Assembly: GCA_016195685.1 (NCBI GenBank)
Contig: JACPZE010000044.1
Location: 633-64,632 of the forward strand
From: Candidatus Gottesmanbacteria bacterium
Lineage (GTDB): Bacteria; Patescibacteriota; Microgenomatia; 2-02-FULL-39-11
Reading direction: 5' to 3'
DNA length: 64,000 nt
The stretch's first letter is position 1, and each line of letters begins with the position of its first letter. Below are positions 54,841 through 64,000 of the stretch, piece by piece. A model generated the notes under the pieces. It made no database searches and was not told the DNA's origin. It was given only the letters and a program-made list of their open reading frames with translations. Both the position numbers and the translations under genes were made by a program.

Positions 54841-56636
54841 ACTTTTCCCTTATCAAATAAATGCATGTTCTTTTGGATTTCTTCTCGGGGCAGGAATGGA
54901 TACATATCCTCCAGCGGTTTTGATTCTAACGTACCATCAGGTCTTTTGAAAGATGCTGTTTTGGGATTTCTGCCTTGAGTGGGAGATAGATTGATTTCGC
55001 AAATTGTAGGAGAGGAAGTAGTCAGAACTTTCTTTAATTTAGGAGTTAATTCATTATTATTATGAATTATTTCATAATCCATATGATATGCTTGGGCCAA
55101 TTGGGCAAAATCAGGATTAACAACCCCAGATCTTTTATCGGCTCCCACAAAGCGGCTGGAGAAATAATTAGTTTGAGTTGAGCGGATTGATTCGTAGCCT
55201 TCATTGTTTAAGATAAAGATCTTGATTGGAAGTTTATAATAACTAATGGTATTTAATTCTTGGATGTTAAACTGTATGCTACCATCTCCTGTAACCAGTA
55301 TTGTCCTTTTTCTTTTATTGCCCACACATGCACCGATTGCACTTGGAAGACACCAGCCCATTGGGCCTAAGTTTGCATTTGTATAAGCCCGTTGCTCCTT
55401 TTTCACCCTCAATGCCTGATAAAGTCCGATGGCATCGAGGGAATTGCCGGTCACTACTGTGTCGTGGTTTGTCAGTAAATCAGATAGTTTATCAAATAAG
55501 ACATAGGAGTTGACATGTTTTTTATCTTTGAAAAATTCCGGTATGATATCGGGATATTTCTTCCTCCAGTATTTCATTGTATCGATCCATTGTTTGACTG
55601 GTTTTAATTTATAATTTTCCATTTGGCACAATAGTTCGACTATAAATTCTTTGGCATCAGATTCTATCGCTAAATCAATCTTGAGTGTATTTTTGGTTAA
55701 TTCTTCTTTATCAATATTTACCATTATTTTGGTAGCCTTTGGCGCAAACCCTTTGAAGTTAAATCCAGTGGAGGAAATATTAAGACTTGCTCCTATGCTT
55801 AAAATAAGATCAGAATTCTGCAAGGCAAAGTTGCCACGCCTTTGTCCTACTGGTCCGAATTTACCTGCAAGAAGAGGGTGACTGTATGGAATAAGATCTA
55901 ATCCGTTAAAAGGTAAAAGTATGGGAATGTTTAATTTATTTACTAGCTTATCAATCAGATCCTCTCCATGGGCCAACCTTACTCCATTACCAAGAATCAT
56001 AACCGGTCTTTTTGCTTTTTGTAACATTTTTATAGTTTGAATTGCCTTTTTTCTCACATCCGAAGCAGTTTCCCTTTTTGCAGGAGGCATAAACAGTTTC
56101 AATTTATTCTCATTAATATAGCTTCCCTGAACATCCAGAGGAATATTAAGCCATATAGGACCTGGTTTTCCTGTTATTGCCAGAAAATAAGCTTTTTCAA
56201 GATGGTAACGGATTTTTTGGGGATCCATTACTGTTTCGGCATATTTAGTGATGGGTTTGACGATATCAATGATGTTTATTTCCTGGGGTCCGAGTTGTCT
56301 AAGTTTTTTGTAATCGGCAATTATTTCTCTTCTGACTTGACCGGAGATCACAATCATAGGGATTGAATCAAGATATGCGCCAGCTACTCCGGTAATTGCA
56401 TTTGTACCCCCAGGACCGGTGGTCACGAGACAGGCAGATATATGATTAGTCATTCTGGCATAACTCTCAGCACATATTGCGGAGGCCTGTTCGTGGTAGT
56501 TAGATATATATTTAATTTTCTTGTTTCGCCCCACAGAATCAATAAGATGCATAATCCCACCTCCTGACACCAGAAAAATATCCCTGATGCCTTTTTCAAC
56601 TAAAAAATTGATGACGTAGTCGGAAAGCTTAATCAC
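54837..56636 (-). CDS. Thiamine-pyrophosphate enzyme (acetolactate-synthase-like; sugar-branching YerE-like candidate)
   Basis: Three-domain TPP fold: GGGIMHLID, GPGGTNAITGVAGAY, GDGSIQFNIQEL. Confidence 0.8.
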   Translation of the reverse strand: MIKLSDYVINFLVEKGIRDIFLVSGGGIMHLIDSVGRNKKIKYISNYHEQASAICAESYARMTNHISACLVTTGPGGTNAITGVAGAYLDSIPMIVISGQVRREIIADYKKLRQLGPQEINIIDIVKPITKYAETVMDPQKIRYHLEKAYFLAITGKPGPIWLNIPLDVQGSYINENKLKLFMPPAKRETASDVRKKAIQTIKMLQKAKRPVMILGNGVRLAHGEDLIDKLVNKLNIPILLPFNGLDLIPYSHPLLAGKFGPVGQRRGNFALQNSDLILSIGASLNISSTGFNFKGFAPKATKIMVNIDKEELTKNTLKIDLAIESDAKEFIVELLCQMENYKLKPVKQWIDTMKYWRKKYPDIIPEFFKDKKHVNSYVLFDKLSDLLTNHDTVVTGNSLDAIGLYQALRVKKEQRAYTNANLGPMGWCLPSAIGACVGNKRKRTILVTGDGSIQFNIQELNTISYYKLPIKIFILNNEGYESIRSTQTNYFSSRFVGADKRSGVVNPDFAQLAQAYHMDYEIIHNNNELTPKLKKVLTTSSPTICEINLSPTQGRNPKTASFKRPDGTLESKPLEDMYPFLPREEIQKNMHLFDKGKV

Positions 56637-56644
56637 GTTACTTA

Positions 56645-57868
56645 TTATTTATATTTAGATAAGAACTTCATGATAATTTTTTTCACATACGCAATCTCTT
56701 CATTGCCAATTGCCGGATATACTCCTAGCCAAAAAGCATCGTTCATGACTATATCGGCATTGACTATTTTTCCAGCAGTTTTATACTTGATTTCTTTGTA
56801 TGCTGGATGCCGAAGTAGATTGCCGGAGAAGATATTGCGGGTACCAATATTGTTCATCTCTAAATATTCGGTCAATTCATTGCGAGTGAAGGGTGCAAGG
56901 GGATTAACTATAATCGGAAACCCAAACCAGCAGGGGTCTTCTTTTTTTGATAATTTCATGAGGTTAAAATATTTAGAGTACTTTGCGAAAAATTCATAAT
57001 ATTGTCGGTAATTATCTTTTCTTTTTTTGATAAAGTAGGGGAGTTTCTTAAGCTGTGCTAGACCAATGGCGGCTTGAAAATCTGTAAGTTTGAGGTTAAA
57101 TCCAATTTGGGAATAGATATATTTATGGTCGTAGCCAAAAGGAATTTCTCCCATTTTCCATCCAAATCTTTTCCTGCAGGTATTATCTTTCCCTGTATCA
57201 CACCAGCAGTCCCGTCCCCAATCCCGGAATTGCCTTATGGATCTATGAATAAATGGATTATTCGTGATAACTGAGCCACCTTCTCCCATGGTAATCTGAT
57301 GGGCGGGATAATAAGAAAATGTGGCAATATCACCAAAAGTGCCGACTAGTCTACCGTCATATTTTGATCCAAGAGCATCGCAACAATCTTCAATGAGCCA
57401 AAGGTTATATTTTTTCGCAAGCGCAACAATTTTTTCAAGGTTAAAAGGCATACCCAGAGTATGTGCAGCCATGATGAGTTTAGTTTTCTTGGTGATAACT
57501 TTCTCAATTTTGGAGACATCAATATTTAAATTGCGCAGATCACAGTCGACAAAAATTGGGGTAAGTCCGTAAAATATTCCCGGATTTACAGTAGTAGGGA
57601 AAGCAACAGAGGTGGTTATATATTCATCACCTGGTTTTAATCTTTTCTTATCAAAGACTTTGGATGTAAGTGAAGCAAGGGCTACCAGATTAGCGGATGA
57701 GCCAGAATTTACCAAAGATACATATCTTACCTCCATGAATTTCGAGAAATCTTTCTCAAACCTTTTTGCAAATTCACCTTCAGTCCACCAGCCATCTTTC
57801 GCAACTTTTATAGCATTATTTATTTCCTCAATATCAAAAACCTTGCCAGATACAGGAATATATTTCAT
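56645..57868 (-). CDS. DegT-family CDP-4-keto-6-deoxyhexose 3-dehydrase-like (RfbH/DdhC-like)
   Basis: MKYIPVSGKVFDIEEINNAIKVAKDGWWTEGEFAKRFEKDFSKF...VNSGSSANL. Confidence 0.8.
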   Translation of the reverse strand: MKYIPVSGKVFDIEEINNAIKVAKDGWWTEGEFAKRFEKDFSKFMEVRYVSLVNSGSSANLVALASLTSKVFDKKRLKPGDEYITTSVAFPTTVNPGIFYGLTPIFVDCDLRNLNIDVSKIEKVITKKTKLIMAAHTLGMPFNLEKIVALAKKYNLWLIEDCCDALGSKYDGRLVGTFGDIATFSYYPAHQITMGEGGSVITNNPFIHRSIRQFRDWGRDCWCDTGKDNTCRKRFGWKMGEIPFGYDHKYIYSQIGFNLKLTDFQAAIGLAQLKKLPYFIKKRKDNYRQYYEFFAKYSKYFNLMKLSKKEDPCWFGFPIIVNPLAPFTRNELTEYLEMNNIGTRNIFSGNLLRHPAYKEIKYKTAGKIVNADIVMNDAFWLGVYPAIGNEEIAYVKKIIMKFLSKYK

Positions 57869-57918
57869 ATGTCTTCTCTAATTGTTCTGTATTATAGTAT
57901 AAATACCATAGAGAAAAA

Positions 57919-59682
57919 ATGAATCTTCTCGTTTTTACCACATTTATAGTCCTTGTTTACCTCCTGTCTTATCTGCCTGGTCGATTAATAGTACAGTTAT
58001 TACCATTAAAAAGTAACGAGAAATTTGTTTTAAGTTTCGGAGTTTCCTTCTTTTTATATTATCTTTTGGGCTTTTTCCAGTATATTTTTAATTTCCCTTT
58101 TTTCTGGGGGTATTTGTTTCTTCTTTCCCTCGTCATTTGTTTATCTTTTTTCCTATATACAAATAAAAAATTGTCGTTGCCGAGTTTGGAGATTAAACTG
58201 CTGGGCATCTTTTTTTTAGGATTTCTCTTCGTTACCTCTATCCAGGCACTTCAACCTTACTATTCAGGTGGTGGATCGTATTGGGATTGGTATGAATACT
58301 ACTTCCGGAGTCAATTCTTCTTTAACCATCTGTCCCCCTTCACTGCGATAGGAAATACTTTCTTACCTCAAAGAATGCCTCTTTACCACGGGGCCACTTC
58401 TTTTTTTATGTCGATATTTGGTAATGGTTTTTGGGTAATTCAACCAATTAATTCATTGTTCAATATGAGTGCTCTTCTATCCTGTTTTTTGATTTGTTCA
58501 GAGTATTTACTTCCAAAAAAGAGGCAGATAACACTTTTTATCATCGTTATGTCTCTACTTCTTCTCAATCTTCATTTTGTAGCCCAAAGTACTTATCCAT
58601 GGACGAAGGCAATGACTGCATATTATATACTTGTCGGACTTTACTTTTTCTTAAAGAATTATAAGGAAAAGAGTAAACTATCAATTTATTTAGGATTGAT
58701 CTTTTTGGCCATGGGACATCTGGTCCATCAAGTATCCTTTACTTATATTTTTGTGGTTGCTTTAGGTTTCCTTATCGTATCAATAAAACACAAGCAGTTT
58801 ACACACTTTTTCCTTGCTTTACTTATTCACCTAATTTTATTATCGACCTGGTATATATGGGCATATTTTACATTCGGAAGTTCTTTAACAATAGCCTCAG
58901 CACAGATTGTCACGGAAACGAAAAACATACCAATTGGCGCGAAATTGGACATCCTGTTTTATGATGTAGAGCAAACAGTCTTACCGGTATTAAACCAATA
59001 TTCTTGGAACAAAATATCGAATGATAAAAACTTTTTTGTATTTTTTTATGATTTTGTTTATCTATTTTGGGGCGCCACAATGCCTTCAGCTATCAGTTTC
59101 TCGGTATCTATACCCTTAATCTATTTCACGTCTATTAAACTTATTTATATTGTGAGGTCTGGATTTCATCATTTTAAAATAAAATTCGATCATATAATCT
59201 TAGCGTTTTTTATCCTCTCAGGATTTTTACCGCTTTGGTATTCTACTAAAGGTAGTGGAGCTGCGGGACTTATGCTACTGCCTTCAACTTTACTCTTAAT
59301 ATGTTTTGGTGTTTATGCAATCAATCATTTTGCAAAAAAGATTGGAAGTAAGTTTATATATTTATTCTCTTTTTTTATAATAATTGAGTCTATGATAGGA
59401 GTCGGTACCAAAGCACTGGTTCCTAAATTTTTCTTAGACCCCAATGTCAACAAAGATATCGATATGAAAAGAGATTTATATGATCTTTCGCAAGATCAGC
59501 AATATAAGGGATTTGCTGTGCATTTAAAAAATTACACATTAAAAACTGACAATCATCTAATTTTGCTTTATGATAAATTTGCCGATTTGCAACCGTTTTT
59601 TGTCCTGGTATTTATAACATTATGGATTACACTGGTCGGTATGTTAGTGAGGAGTTTATTTATCTTGGCCCATCAGGATTAA
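57919..59682 (+). CDS. Polytopic membrane protein (GT-C / O-antigen-polymerase-like)
   Basis: ORF with at least 12 TM helices. Confidence 0.55.
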   Translation: MNLLVFTTFIVLVYLLSYLPGRLIVQLLPLKSNEKFVLSFGVSFFLYYLLGFFQYIFNFPFFWGYLFLLSLVICLSFFLYTNKKLSLPSLEIKLLGIFFLGFLFVTSIQALQPYYSGGGSYWDWYEYYFRSQFFFNHLSPFTAIGNTFLPQRMPLYHGATSFFMSIFGNGFWVIQPINSLFNMSALLSCFLICSEYLLPKKRQITLFIIVMSLLLLNLHFVAQSTYPWTKAMTAYYILVGLYFFLKNYKEKSKLSIYLGLIFLAMGHLVHQVSFTYIFVVALGFLIVSIKHKQFTHFFLALLIHLILLSTWYIWAYFTFGSSLTIASAQIVTETKNIPIGAKLDILFYDVEQTVLPVLNQYSWNKISNDKNFFVFFYDFVYLFWGATMPSAISFSVSIPLIYFTSIKLIYIVRSGFHHFKIKFDHIILAFFILSGFLPLWYSTKGSGAAGLMLLPSTLLLICFGVYAINHFAKKIGSKFIYLFSFFIIIESMIGVGTKALVPKFFLDPNVNKDIDMKRDLYDLSQDQQYKGFAVHLKNYTLKTDNHLILLYDKFADLQPFFVLVFITLWITLVGMLVRSLFILAHQD

Positions 59683-59692
59683 TAATTTATAA

Positions 59693-61717
59693 ATGAAAGC
59701 TCTTCTGTTTATTTCATCTATTATTCTGTCCATATTTGCATTTGTTGCTATTTCATTCTTCTTACTAAAAAGCCGTCCGGGTGAAATCGAAATGCAACTT
59801 GCTCACAACACTCCTCTTTTTGTGAATGGTCGTTTGGATCTTGCTCCTGAACCGGGAGAAAGAAGAATTTTTCTCTTTGGATTAGTATTTCTTCCACTTA
59901 TTTCCGTTGCGAATTATTTGATACTTGTAAATCTTACAAAAAGAAAAGACAAGTATCTGAAATTTATTGAAAATCCATACCTCAATTTTTTTGTTGCAGA
60001 AGTTTCTTTGATTTTGATTTTTCTATTAAGCTTCAATATCATTTTAGATTTATTTCGTACAAAAGAACAAAATATTTACCTTATTTTTCATCCACCCTTT
60101 TATTATCTACTGGCGTTTATTGCGATCGGTATCTATATTTTTGCCAGTAGAATATTTTCGAAAGTTAAAAGCATGGTTTTTTTACTCTTTGGATTGGGAA
60201 TAATCATTCTCAGTTCGGTCTATCCCTTGATGCCGGAAAGATATTTTTTTGCTGATTGGTCCATGACGCATCATTTTGATCAGGTTTTTGGTCTAATAAT
60301 ACAGGCGATACATGGTAGGACTTCATTGGTTGATTTTGTTTCTCAATATGGCGTGATTTATCCACATGTTGCAGAAATATTTTTGAAATTCGTACCGTTT
60401 AATTTCCTCAATACCCATATATTTTTCATCTTGCTTATAATTTTCTCATTTGTATTTCTTTACCTGGCAATAGGATCTAAATCGGGCTTCACATCAATTT
60501 ATTCTTTGCTTATTCTTCTGGCTCTATTGGGTATATCGCAGCCTGTGTACTTTGCCCTTGGCTTAAGAAATCCAATCGGGTCGTTATATTATCAATATCT
60601 CCCCATACGGGTCATAACAGGTTCATTTTTCCTTTGTTTTGTACTCTGGTACTTAAAAAAAGAATCAAAGTTAGGCTATATCCTAGGATTTCTCATCATG
60701 GCGATTAGTCTACTTTGGAATGCTGATACTGGAGTAGTGATATGTGGGGCATGGATAACTTTACTTTGCTACAATACTCTCTCAAAATACAAATTCAGCC
60801 TGAAAAGTTTACGGCGGTGTTTAACTCATTTTTTCTTAGCTATAACATCCATAGTCTTAGCGATAGCTGCTTTCAGTCTTTTTGCGTATATAAGATCAGG
60901 AAGTTGGCCTAATTGGAACGGTCTTTTTGAATTTGTGCAAATCTATTACATCGCAGGTGATTTCATGGCGCCAATGCCGCTAGTAGGTTTATGGTATTTT
61001 CCTGTCTTTATTTACCTTGCTTTCTCTGTTCACAGTTTACTTGGGTTATTCACGGGCAAGACCAACTATTGGACAAAATTCTATTTATTCCTTAGTATCT
61101 ACGGAGCCGGAATTTTCGCCTATTACCAGGGAAGGAGTTTCGTTTCAAATCTCCAGGTTGTGATATATCCTGCTATTTTGCTATCTGGATTTTATTTATA
61201 TGATTTTCTTTTAAAGTATGATTTCTCTTTCGGTAAACTTAAAGTACTTTTCTCACATTGGGGTTTCCACTGGTATTTAGTCGCTGCAATTCCAATGATA
61301 TTTCTATTGAGTCATGGGATTTTAAACGTAATAGTCTGGTCCGTTCCGGCGATAGGGAATTTCCAGATGCATTGGAAGAATCCTCCCGCCGTCGTTGAAC
61401 TTGCGAATCAAATTGAAAAAAGATCGGAGTATGTAAGGGCTAATTTGAAATCAGATAAAATTATGATCATTGCTGAAGATGCTTCGTATATTCATTTACA
61501 CACGCAAACCTACTCTAGCTTGCCTTACGGATTTTATCTTGAAGTCGGTTTAACTTCTCAAGCTGATGCATTAAAAAAACTTATAAAAAGTCATAAAGTT
61601 GATCAGGTCTTTGTGGATTATAACTGGAGTAATTGGACAGGCTATAAGCTAGCTCAATATCTCACGCTAGGGGAGACTGATCAAAATTATTTACAAAAAT
61701 TCTACACGCTCCCATAA
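59693..61717 (+). CDS. Polytopic membrane protein (GT-C-like)
   Basis: ORF with many TM helices and a C-terminal soluble domain. Confidence 0.55.
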   Translation: MKALLFISSIILSIFAFVAISFFLLKSRPGEIEMQLAHNTPLFVNGRLDLAPEPGERRIFLFGLVFLPLISVANYLILVNLTKRKDKYLKFIENPYLNFFVAEVSLILIFLLSFNIILDLFRTKEQNIYLIFHPPFYYLLAFIAIGIYIFASRIFSKVKSMVFLLFGLGIIILSSVYPLMPERYFFADWSMTHHFDQVFGLIIQAIHGRTSLVDFVSQYGVIYPHVAEIFLKFVPFNFLNTHIFFILLIIFSFVFLYLAIGSKSGFTSIYSLLILLALLGISQPVYFALGLRNPIGSLYYQYLPIRVITGSFFLCFVLWYLKKESKLGYILGFLIMAISLLWNADTGVVICGAWITLLCYNTLSKYKFSLKSLRRCLTHFFLAITSIVLAIAAFSLFAYIRSGSWPNWNGLFEFVQIYYIAGDFMAPMPLVGLWYFPVFIYLAFSVHSLLGLFTGKTNYWTKFYLFLSIYGAGIFAYYQGRSFVSNLQVVIYPAILLSGFYLYDFLLKYDFSFGKLKVLFSHWGFHWYLVAAIPMIFLLSHGILNVIVWSVPAIGNFQMHWKNPPAVVELANQIEKRSEYVRANLKSDKIMIIAEDASYIHLHTQTYSSLPYGFYLEVGLTSQADALKKLIKSHKVDQVFVDYNWSNWTGYKLAQYLTLGETDQNYLQKFYTLP

Positions 61718-61722
61718 CTTAA

Positions 61723-62445
61723 GTGAAATCTATCGTTACTAAACATTTTGATAATATAGCCTCACAATATGATTATTATAAGAAAAAAAACTCATTTTAT
61801 TATTCTTCACTCAAACTTTTGCTTCACGGACTAATTCCTCCAGACAAAAATATATTGGAAATAGGATGTGGCACTGGAGATATACTTTCATTCCTTAAAC
61901 CAAAATTAGGAGTGGGAATAGATATAAGCAGCAAAATGATTGATATAGCGAGAAAAAAATATCCTATGGAAAATTTACATTTCGTAACTAGTCCGATCGA
62001 CTCATATAAGACTCAATTACAATTCGATTATATCCTCATGGCAGATGTGGTTGAGCATCTAACTGATATAGATAAAAGTTTTAAATTTATCTCCAAGCTG
62101 ACCACTCACGATACGATTTTTATAAATACGATGATAAATCCTATCTGGGAGCCACTCCTTGCGGCAGCTGAGAAGTTAAATATGAAAATGCCCGAAGGTC
62201 CTCATAAAAGGATATCATTTGAATATTTGAAGGAAATAGCCAGTATCCATGGGCTAAAAATTATCACCCATTCTTATTTTCTACTTTGCCCAATTGAAAT
62301 ACCGTTTGTTACGAGGATTTTAAATAGTATTATCGAACCATATTTAAGAAAGTTTACTTTTATCGAATACTTCACCGCTACTAGATCGCTTTCATCTTCC
62401 AAAAAGCGTTCCAACTTACCCAAAGAAGCACGATTGCATTCCTGA
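61723..62445 (+). CDS. Class I SAM-dependent methyltransferase
   Basis: ILEIGCGTGDILSFL is motif I. Confidence 0.8.
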   Translation: MKSIVTKHFDNIASQYDYYKKKNSFYYSSLKLLLHGLIPPDKNILEIGCGTGDILSFLKPKLGVGIDISSKMIDIARKKYPMENLHFVTSPIDSYKTQLQFDYILMADVVEHLTDIDKSFKFISKLTTHDTIFINTMINPIWEPLLAAAEKLNMKMPEGPHKRISFEYLKEIASIHGLKIITHSYFLLCPIEIPFVTRILNSIIEPYLRKFTFIEYFTATRSLSSSKKRSNLPKEARLHS

Positions 62446-63817
62446 CCCGCTTAATATTTGTTTTACCATAGACTCTGGCTTTATAACGTATGGGTATTTC
62501 TATGGATTTCAGATGCAATTTACTTGCACCGAACAGGAGATCAAAATCTCCAAATGGATCAAAATCTCCAAAATACGAACGCATTTTTTTGATTTTCTGG
62601 TAATCAGATCTCCAAAATACTTTTGTTCCACATAAAGTATCCGTCACTTTATGCTCAAGTAACCATGTGAACAGAACTCCAAAAAAGTAATTTCCTAAAA
62701 GATTAAGCAGTCTCATGGAATTATTTTCCATTGGATAGGTGAGTCTAGAACCACTTATCATTTCGCCTTTACCATCGACTAGTGCCTGATAAAATCTTGG
62801 TAGATCTTCAGGGATGACAGACAGATCAGCATCAAGAATCATGAGAATATCACTTTTCGCAGCCTCACATCCTCTATACACCGCTAATTTTTTCCCTTTT
62901 TCCTTATCTTGAATCAGCAATTCGATATTTTTCTTTGGAAATTTTTTTATCACCCGGTGCATTTCCTCGCGTGTTTTGTCTGTTGAATGATCTTCTATCA
63001 TCACTATTTCTGTACCACTTCCCATTTCTGGGATACGGCGTATTGCGTCTTCAATTGTTCCTTTTTCATTTCTAGCCGGCATTATAACCGAGCATGAATA
63101 CTTTCTTCCCCCCAAGCGACTCACTGGTTTTGCAACTAAAATATTGTTTAGGCAAAGATTTTTCACCCATGGCAATTTAGCAATAAATCTGTTTAGAATT
63201 TCTGAAATCATAGGAATATATAAAGGAAAAAGCATACGCTTGCTTCTTCTTATCACTTCAAAATCTGCCAGGTAAAGCATGTTTTCAATAGCACTCGCCG
63301 GTAACCAATTTTTGTATATTTGTGGAGTCTTCAAATGCATAATTTCAGCTAATCTAAGAATGTAATGCCAAAAATAATTATAGTTGTCGATGATGATGCG
63401 GGATCTTTGATGTGTAACTTTCGCAAGCTTTCGGAAAAATTCTTCTATATCATCCAAATCACCAATAAGTCCTGATATTATGATGTAATCAAATTTGTCC
63501 TTCATTTGTAGGTGTTGGGCGTCCATCAGACGAAACTTCAATTTGGGATATTTTTGTTTTGCGCTCCTTATCATGCCGGGGCTAATGTCGATCCCCATTC
63601 CTATTTTGGGTTTAAGTGATGCTAATAGATGGCCCGTACCGCAACCTACTTCCAGCACAGAACTTCCTTCCGGGACTAAAAAACGGTAATATTTGATTAA
63701 ATCGTTGTTGTAATAGCGGTTAAGATGGAAGAACCAGTCACGCCGGCGGGAATGTTTGTCGTAAAATGAAACGGCAGGATTGCTATTTTTCTTCATCAGA
63801 AATATTTCAAATACCAA
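62381..63817 (-). CDS. Bifunctional SAM-dependent methyltransferase / GT2 glycosyltransferase fusion
   Basis: N-terminal VLEVGCGTGHLLASL. C-terminal CSVIMPARNEKGTIEDAI...IEDHSTDKT is GT2. It has a 65-nt convergent overlap with the upstream gene. Confidence 0.75.
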   Translation of the reverse strand: MVFEIFLMKKNSNPAVSFYDKHSRRRDWFFHLNRYYNNDLIKYYRFLVPEGSSVLEVGCGTGHLLASLKPKIGMGIDISPGMIRSAKQKYPKLKFRLMDAQHLQMKDKFDYIIISGLIGDLDDIEEFFRKLAKVTHQRSRIIIDNYNYFWHYILRLAEIMHLKTPQIYKNWLPASAIENMLYLADFEVIRRSKRMLFPLYIPMISEILNRFIAKLPWVKNLCLNNILVAKPVSRLGGRKYSCSVIMPARNEKGTIEDAIRRIPEMGSGTEIVMIEDHSTDKTREEMHRVIKKFPKKNIELLIQDKEKGKKLAVYRGCEAAKSDILMILDADLSVIPEDLPRFYQALVDGKGEMISGSRLTYPMENNSMRLLNLLGNYFFGVLFTWLLEHKVTDTLCGTKVFWRSDYQKIKKMRSYFGDFDPFGDFDLLFGASKLHLKSIEIPIRYKARVYGKTNIKRVRNAIVLLWVSWNAFWKMKAI

Positions 63818-64000
63818 CGGTAAATTTCGTTTATTGTTGTCTGGAGGGAATATTTAGGCTGCCAGCCTAGGGTTTTTCTGATTTTTGACCAATCCAGCGA
63901 CTGGTAAGGAATTTCGTTTTTGGGAATATTGAGGATTTTATATTTCAATGGTTTACGAAGAATTCCAGTGAGGACTTTTATAAGTTCCAATACGTTGTAA
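63796..64000 (-). CDS. C-terminal end of an NAD-dependent epimerase/dehydratase; 5' part beyond the window end (partial)
   Basis: ...ELIKVLTGILRKPLKYKILN...LDWSKIRKTLGWQPKYSLQTTINEIYRWY is a typical epimerase C-terminus. Confidence 0.5.
   Translation of the reverse strand, partial: YNVLELIKVLTGILRKPLKYKILNIPKNEIPYQSLDWSKIRKTLGWQPKYSLQTTINEIYRWYLKYF

Overview
This is a low-GC window (roughly one-third GC by eye), gene-dense, and mostly coded on the minus strand. Its content is consistent with an uncultivated, reduced-genome bacterium such as a Patescibacteria/CPR-like lineage; that placement is inference. The window contains the following loci. (1) GT39-like GT-C membrane glycosyltransferases and a UbiA-family prenyltransferase at the 5' end. 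(2) A type IV pilus locus (major pilin, several minor pilins, PilC, PilB). (3) rho, a LysM/M23 peptidase, and two divergent tRNA-Ala genes that flank an HTH ORF. (4) An accessory hotspot: a LamG protein, a GC-rich islet encoding a dockerin-bearing LmbE/CE14 deacetylase next to a cohesin-like membrane protein, gene-fragment duplications, and a 615-aa secreted protein of unknown function. (5) A carbamoyltransferase operon (SxtJ-like and DUF5989 small proteins). (6) An NrtR-nadC-nadA / nadB NAD biosynthesis locus. (7) A YefM/Phd-VapC toxin-antitoxin pair, a Zn-ribbon protein and an RTX-repeat protein. (8) A long block of GT-C membrane proteins and GT2 enzymes. (9) A pseudaminic-acid-like nonulosonic-acid sugar cluster plus a second deoxy-sugar branch (TPP enzyme with an RfbH-like dehydrase). 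(10) Methyltransferase/GT2 genes at the 3' end. The most unusual signals are two kinds of selfish-looking elements inside coding sequence. One is an 80-95-nt palindromic element found in 5' UTRs and, in a single open frame, inside two unrelated enzymes, which resembles Rickettsia RPEs. The other is a family of tandem heptanucleotide repeats that occur between genes and in-frame inside many GT-C genes, where they encode heptad-periodic FNFQFSI-like peptides.
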